Virus record (IMG/VR): IMGVR_UViG_2534681832_000034
Location: 1 to 18,593 of that record
Direction: 5' to 3' (one strand)
DNA from: a virus
Lineage: Duplodnaviria; Heunggongvirae; Uroviricota; Caudoviricetes
DNA length: 18,593 bases
Made by a program: the position numbers and the translations under genes. Shown here piece by piece: positions 15,410 through 18,593 of the stretch. The notes under the pieces were generated by a model, which was given only the letters and a program-made list of their open reading frames with translations, had not been told where the DNA came from and searched no databases. Each line of letters opens with the position of its first letter. Position 1 is the stretch's first letter.

Positions 15410-16296
15410 TGCCACTGCTGGATAAGCTGCGTGAGCAGTACGGGGTCGGACCGGTATGCAGCGAACTGCATATTGCCCCGTCAACGTATTACCATTGTCA
15501 GCAACAGCGACATCATCCGGATAAACGCAGTGCCCGTGCGCAGCACGACGACTGGCTGAAGAGAGAGATACAGCGCGTATACGATGAAAATCATCAGGTG
15601 TACGGTGTGCGTAAAGTCTGGCGTCAGTTGTTACGGGAAGGAATCAGGGTGGCCAGATGTACAGTGGCACGTCTCATGGCGGTTATGGGACTTGCCGGTG
15701 TTCTCCGGGGTAAAAAGGTCCGTACGACCATCAGCCGGAAAGCCGTTGCCGCAGGCGACCGCGTAAACCGTCAGTTCGTGGCAGAACGACCTGACCAGCT
15801 GTGGGTGGCTGATTTTACTTACGTCAGCACATGGCAGGGCTTCGTCTATGTGGCGTTTATCATTGATGTGTTTGCCGGATACATCGTGGGGTGGCGGGTC
15901 TCATCGTCTATGGAAACGACATTCGTGCTGGATGCGCTGGAGCAGGCGTTGTGGGCCCGTCGTCCGTCTGGCACCATCCATCACAGCGATAAAGGCTCTC
16001 AGTATGTGTCACTGGCCTATACGGAGCGACTAAAAGAAGCCGGATTACTGGCATCAACAGGGAGTACAGGCGACTCGTATGACAACGCGATGGCTGAGAG
16101 CATCAATGGTCTTTACAAAGCGGAGGTAATACACCGTAAGAGCTGGAAAAACCGTGCAGAAGTGGAACTGGCCACACTAACGTGGGTGGACTGGTATAAC
16201 AATCGACGATTGCTGGGAAGGCTGGGCCATACTCCTCCGGCAGAAGCAGAAAAAGCTTATTATGCTTCCATCGGAAACGATGATCTGGCAGCCTGA
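15406..16296 (+). CDS. IS3-family transposase OrfB (DDE catalytic domain), expressed as OrfAB by -1 frameshift
   Basis: DDE-type motifs ([23 protein letters not shown]); -1 overlap with orfA at A-AAA-AAT-G (15400-15409). Confidence 0.9.
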   Translation: MMPLLDKLREQYGVGPVCSELHIAPSTYYHCQQQRHHPDKRSARAQHDDWLKREIQRVYDENHQVYGVRKVWRQLLREGIRVARCTVARLMAVMGLAGVLRGKKVRTTISRKAVAAGDRVNRQFVAERPDQLWVADFTYVSTWQGFVYVAFIIDVFAGYIVGWRVSSSMETTFVLDALEQALWARRPSGTIHHSDKGSQYVSLAYTERLKEAGLLASTGSTGDSYDNAMAESINGLYKAEVIHRKSWKNRAEVELATLTWVDWYNNRRLLGRLGHTPPAEAEKAYYASIGNDDLAA

Positions 16297-17010
16297 GTTC
16301 ACAGATAAAACACTCTCCAGGAAACCCGGGGCGGTTCACAGTTATGGCTACGTTGGCGCTTTCATTCGCTCGTTCATACTGCTGTTGTAACGCAGTTGTG
16401 GGTGCTGTTGTCTGGTTGAAAACAACCCCAAACTGTTCAGTTGCTACTTTCAGAGATTCAATTTGCTCTTCTGTTAGTGCTGGTGGGGGAGTGGCAGTGC
16501 CGCCGCCTGAACCAGAGCCTGACGAGCTTTCTGAGCCAGTGTTAAGGGCCTGGTTAATCTCCCCCATTGCAGCGACTAAACTTGATGTATTAAGCGCGTT
16601 AACAGCGTCCTCAAGCGATTTAGTAATATTCACATCACCAATGGCAATAGAGATCGGCAGTTCTGAAACTTCTCGCTCATTAGCACGGCAGTAAACATCC
16701 CAACCAATATCGAGTTGAAGCAGCATTGACAGATCTGCATAACCAGCCAACAGGTCCGCGTGCTTAGTTGCCAGTTCTCCAATGTTCGTTAAGCCGGTTG
16801 TGGTTGTTCTGATCGTTGAAACATAGCTGGTAATAGTGTCGGGATAGACAATTGTATCCAGAATTAATCCGGTCAATTCTTCTGCAAGCAGTTTTGCTGT
16901 GTTAGCACTGTTTCGTGCCGATGTTATGGCACCAGGTGTTTTCATCCCACCGGCGGCGGCCAATTTTTTATATGCGGATAACTGGTAGTCTTTTTCCAGC
17001 ATGATATCTC

Positions 17011-17295
17011 CTAACTTACCTGAACCAGGCCGTCTCCGGACGCTACGGTAGATCCGCATGAAACAGGGTCACCAACGCATACGATCCCTTTACCATTGAC
17101 GGTAAACCATGCCCTGGTTGATATAGCTTGCCCACCGTGCGTACTGTTTCCATCGGTATGCTGTGCATATTGCTTACCATCAACTAACACTTCGACTCCG
17201 TTGACTTTAAGTAGTGGTTCACTCTCTACAGGAGGCCTGGATGGGAATCCTCCGTGCCCCGAACAAATGCTGTCTTTTGTTGCAATGCTTGCCAC
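17011..17295 (-). CDS. PAAR-like (spike-tip type) small protein, 94 aa, GTG start
   Basis: Motifs CSGHGG, STHGGQ and GDPVSCG in a ~95-aa Gly/Val-rich protein resemble PAAR-repeat proteins. No in-frame ATG, so GTG 17295 is the likely start. Stop TAG overlaps the SD of the downstream gene. Confidence 0.55.
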   Translation of the reverse strand: MASIATKDSICSGHGGFPSRPPVESEPLLKVNGVEVLVDGKQYAQHTDGNSTHGGQAISTRAWFTVNGKGIVCVGDPVSCGSTVASGDGLVQVS

Positions 17296-17376
17296 GCCAT
17301 CACCAATTATTTGCTCTGATTTTCGTTATTTTAACTTAGGTTATTTGTGGTCTGTATGGCGTTTACTTATCGCAAA

Positions 17377-17393
17377 ATTGCTCTAATAAATAT
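17377..17393 (+). promoter_or_regulatory. P1 C1-repressor operator-like site upstream of the 17465 operon
   Basis: ATTGCTCTAATAAATAT matches the remembered C1 operator consensus at 16 of 17 positions. Confidence 0.6.
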
Positions 17394-17464
17394 TGTTTTT
17401 TATGTCGTATTTTCGGTACCATTCAGCCATCGCCCTTCAATGGGCATTTGTTTGGAGTCGTCAG

Positions 17465-17749
17465 ATGCAGATGGAGCTAATAAGCCGCAAAGAGTTCGAT
17501 AGCCGTGTAACCAGCGGTGAACTCGACAACTTGCAGGCTATCAAGGTGAAAGAAGGCTTTTGCCTCATTGGGAATCAGAGCGGAATAAATCGCGTTTTTA
17601 TGCTTCGCCGTACGGATTTGAAGCCATTTGTCTGGAAGAACGAAATTGGTCCCAGCTCATACGCTCAAACGAGGGGGTGCCACAACCTGGCCTTTTTCTA
17701 CAAAGACGAGCTTTCTGTGGTTGATATTCAAGGGTTACAACATGTTTAA
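17465..17749 (+). CDS. Hypothetical protein, 94 aa, translationally coupled to the rdgC homologue
   Basis: ATG 17465 with GGAG at 7-nt spacing (the track's 17393 start is TTG within the operator); stop TAA 17747-17749 overlaps the next ATG (ATGTTTAA). Confidence 0.7.
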   Translation: MQMELISRKEFDSRVTSGELDNLQAIKVKEGFCLIGNQSGINRVFMLRRTDLKPFVWKNEIGPSSYAQTRGCHNLAFFYKDELSVVDIQGLQHV

Positions 17750-18152
17750 GCACTGGAAAAACATTACTATTTATAAACTTTCTCGTGAGGCGGATCTGAC
17801 CGACTTAGAAGATAAAAAGAAAATGATCCTTTTCACGCCATGCGGTAGTCAGGATATGGCCAAGTTCGGTTTTGTATCGCCATTTGGTGATAATTCTGAA
17901 GTTATCGCTATGCATGGAAATGGTTTTATCCTTGTTGAAGCAAAGCGCGAAACAAAAATTCTTCCCCCGCCGGTTATCCAGCGAGCTATTCAAGAAAAAA
18001 TTGAAAAACTTGAGCAAGAACAAGCGCGTAAACTGAAGAAAACAGAGAAGGACTCCCTGAAAGACGAAGTTCTGCATTCTCTTCTGCCACGGGCTTTTTC
18101 AAAGTTTTCTGTTATCCAGGCGATCTACGACGGTTCATCGATAGGAATTTAA
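17742..18152 (+). pseudogene. rdgC: RdgC-homologue (recombination-associated protein), truncated to 136 aa by mobile-element insertion
   Basis: [16 protein letters not shown]...[13 protein letters not shown]...[52 protein letters not shown] closely parallels the N-terminal ~130 aa of E. coli RdgC (~300 aa); similarity stops at about 18131-18136 and a stop follows 5 codons later. Confidence 0.7.
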
Positions 18153-18593
18153 ATCCCAAAAAGATTAAAAAACACCCAAAAACGGATGTTTATTCAACAC
18201 TGCCTGCGTGCCATGAGTGCACCGCCGTCAATTAAATGGATCTTATCGATTGATACTGCATATCACTGATGGTTTTTTACCCCATTCCCCTGAAAATGGA
18301 CGCAACTTCTCCGATGCGGCTCTCAGCCGCACACCCGCTGTTGCGCCAGTGGCTCATGCATCAGGACCAGCTCTGTCAGACGGTAGCCCCGCTTCAGCCC
18401 CGTAAAACGCATCTGACCTCCGCACAGGATGCACTTCAGCGGGTCAACCTTCAGTAACCGCTGATACATCCCTCTCCACCTGATTTGCATCGCCGTCTTT
18501 CTCACCGTCTCCGTTATGACGTACACAACATCTTCCAGTAACCGGCGCTTCACCGGACTCAGGAAACCGTAGTACCTCACCATACGGAACCCC
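18137..18593 (-). mobile_element. End of an IS91-family (rolling-circle, HUH Y2 transposase) element, partial; continues beyond window
   Basis: Junction lies immediately 3' of GTTC (18133-18136), the tetranucleotide IS91-family elements insert beside; no terminal inverted repeat; transposase 3' end reads toward the junction. Confidence 0.5.
18323..18593 (-). CDS. IS91-family transposase, C-terminal fragment (N-terminus outside window)
   Basis: ORF open to the window edge; ...VRYYGFLSPVKRR... and a CxxCGG motif resemble the IS91/ISCR transposase C-terminus as I remember it; TGA at 18323-18325. Confidence 0.5.
   Translation of the reverse strand, partial: GFRMVRYYGFLSPVKRRLLEDVVYVITETVRKTAMQIRWRGMYQRLLKVDPLKCILCGGQMRFTGLKRGYRLTELVLMHEPLAQQRVCG

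Larger units (their letters stand above)
15029..16338 (+). mobile_element. IS3-family insertion sequence (IS629/IS1203/IS3411-like), 1310 bp, 3-bp target duplication CAG
   Basis: Terminal inverted repeats TGAACCGCCCCGG (15029-15041) and CCGGGGCGGTTCA (16326-16338); direct repeat CAG at 15026-15028 and 16339-16341; orfA/orfB with frameshift window. Confidence 0.9.
14901..17002 (-). pseudogene. Gene disrupted by IS insertion (intact form ~262 aa: helical N-domain, Gly/Ser linker, C-terminal domain)
   Basis: ATG at 17002 with AGGAG SD. The reading frame enters the IS at 16338; removing the IS and one CAG copy restores an ORF ending at TAA 14901-14903 (...ANESANVAIT|AYNHAIGTALAEAS...NKAAR*). Confidence 0.7.

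Noticed and set aside
15164-15484. 106-aa minus-strand ORF
   Set aside because: Lies inside the IS element, antisense to orfA/orfB.
16344-16694. 116-aa plus-strand ORF
   Set aside because: Antisense to the IS-disrupted gene; translation is low-complexity.
18217-18457. Two overlapping 62-aa plus-strand ORFs
   Set aside because: Located in the terminal region of the IS91-like element, partly antisense to the transposase 3' end; no start signals.

Overview
The window reads as a segment of a P1-family phage-plasmid (prophage that replicates as a plasmid), running from the immunity/antirepressor region to the plasmid maintenance region. Plus strand, left: a 5'-truncated antirepressor gene with a nested in-frame start (ant1/ant2-like), a KilA-N/ANT protein (kilA-like) behind a C1-repressor operator match, an HTH protein whose reading frame breaks at an A-run and continues in a second ORF (possibly repL-like), and a small membrane protein. 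A hok/mok/sok-type type I toxin-antitoxin locus follows. Minus strand, middle: a five-gene late structural operon (3623-8942) ending at a bidirectional terminator, then the P1-type partition cassette parS-parB-parA, a gene split by an in-frame amber codon, an incA-like iteron array, repA, and an origin with five phased iterons, a GATC cluster and DnaA boxes. Right: a minus-strand operon containing a PAAR-like protein, a gene disrupted by an IS3-family insertion (3-bp target duplication), and an overlapping membrane protein/lipoprotein pair with spanin-like architecture; then a second C1 operator match in front of a small ORF and an rdgC homologue cut short by the end of an IS91-family element. 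No rRNA, tRNA or CRISPR was seen. All calls are from reading the sequence and from remembered family features; no database search was run. P1 gene-name equivalences are tentative because the iteron sequence does not match what I recall for P1 itself.
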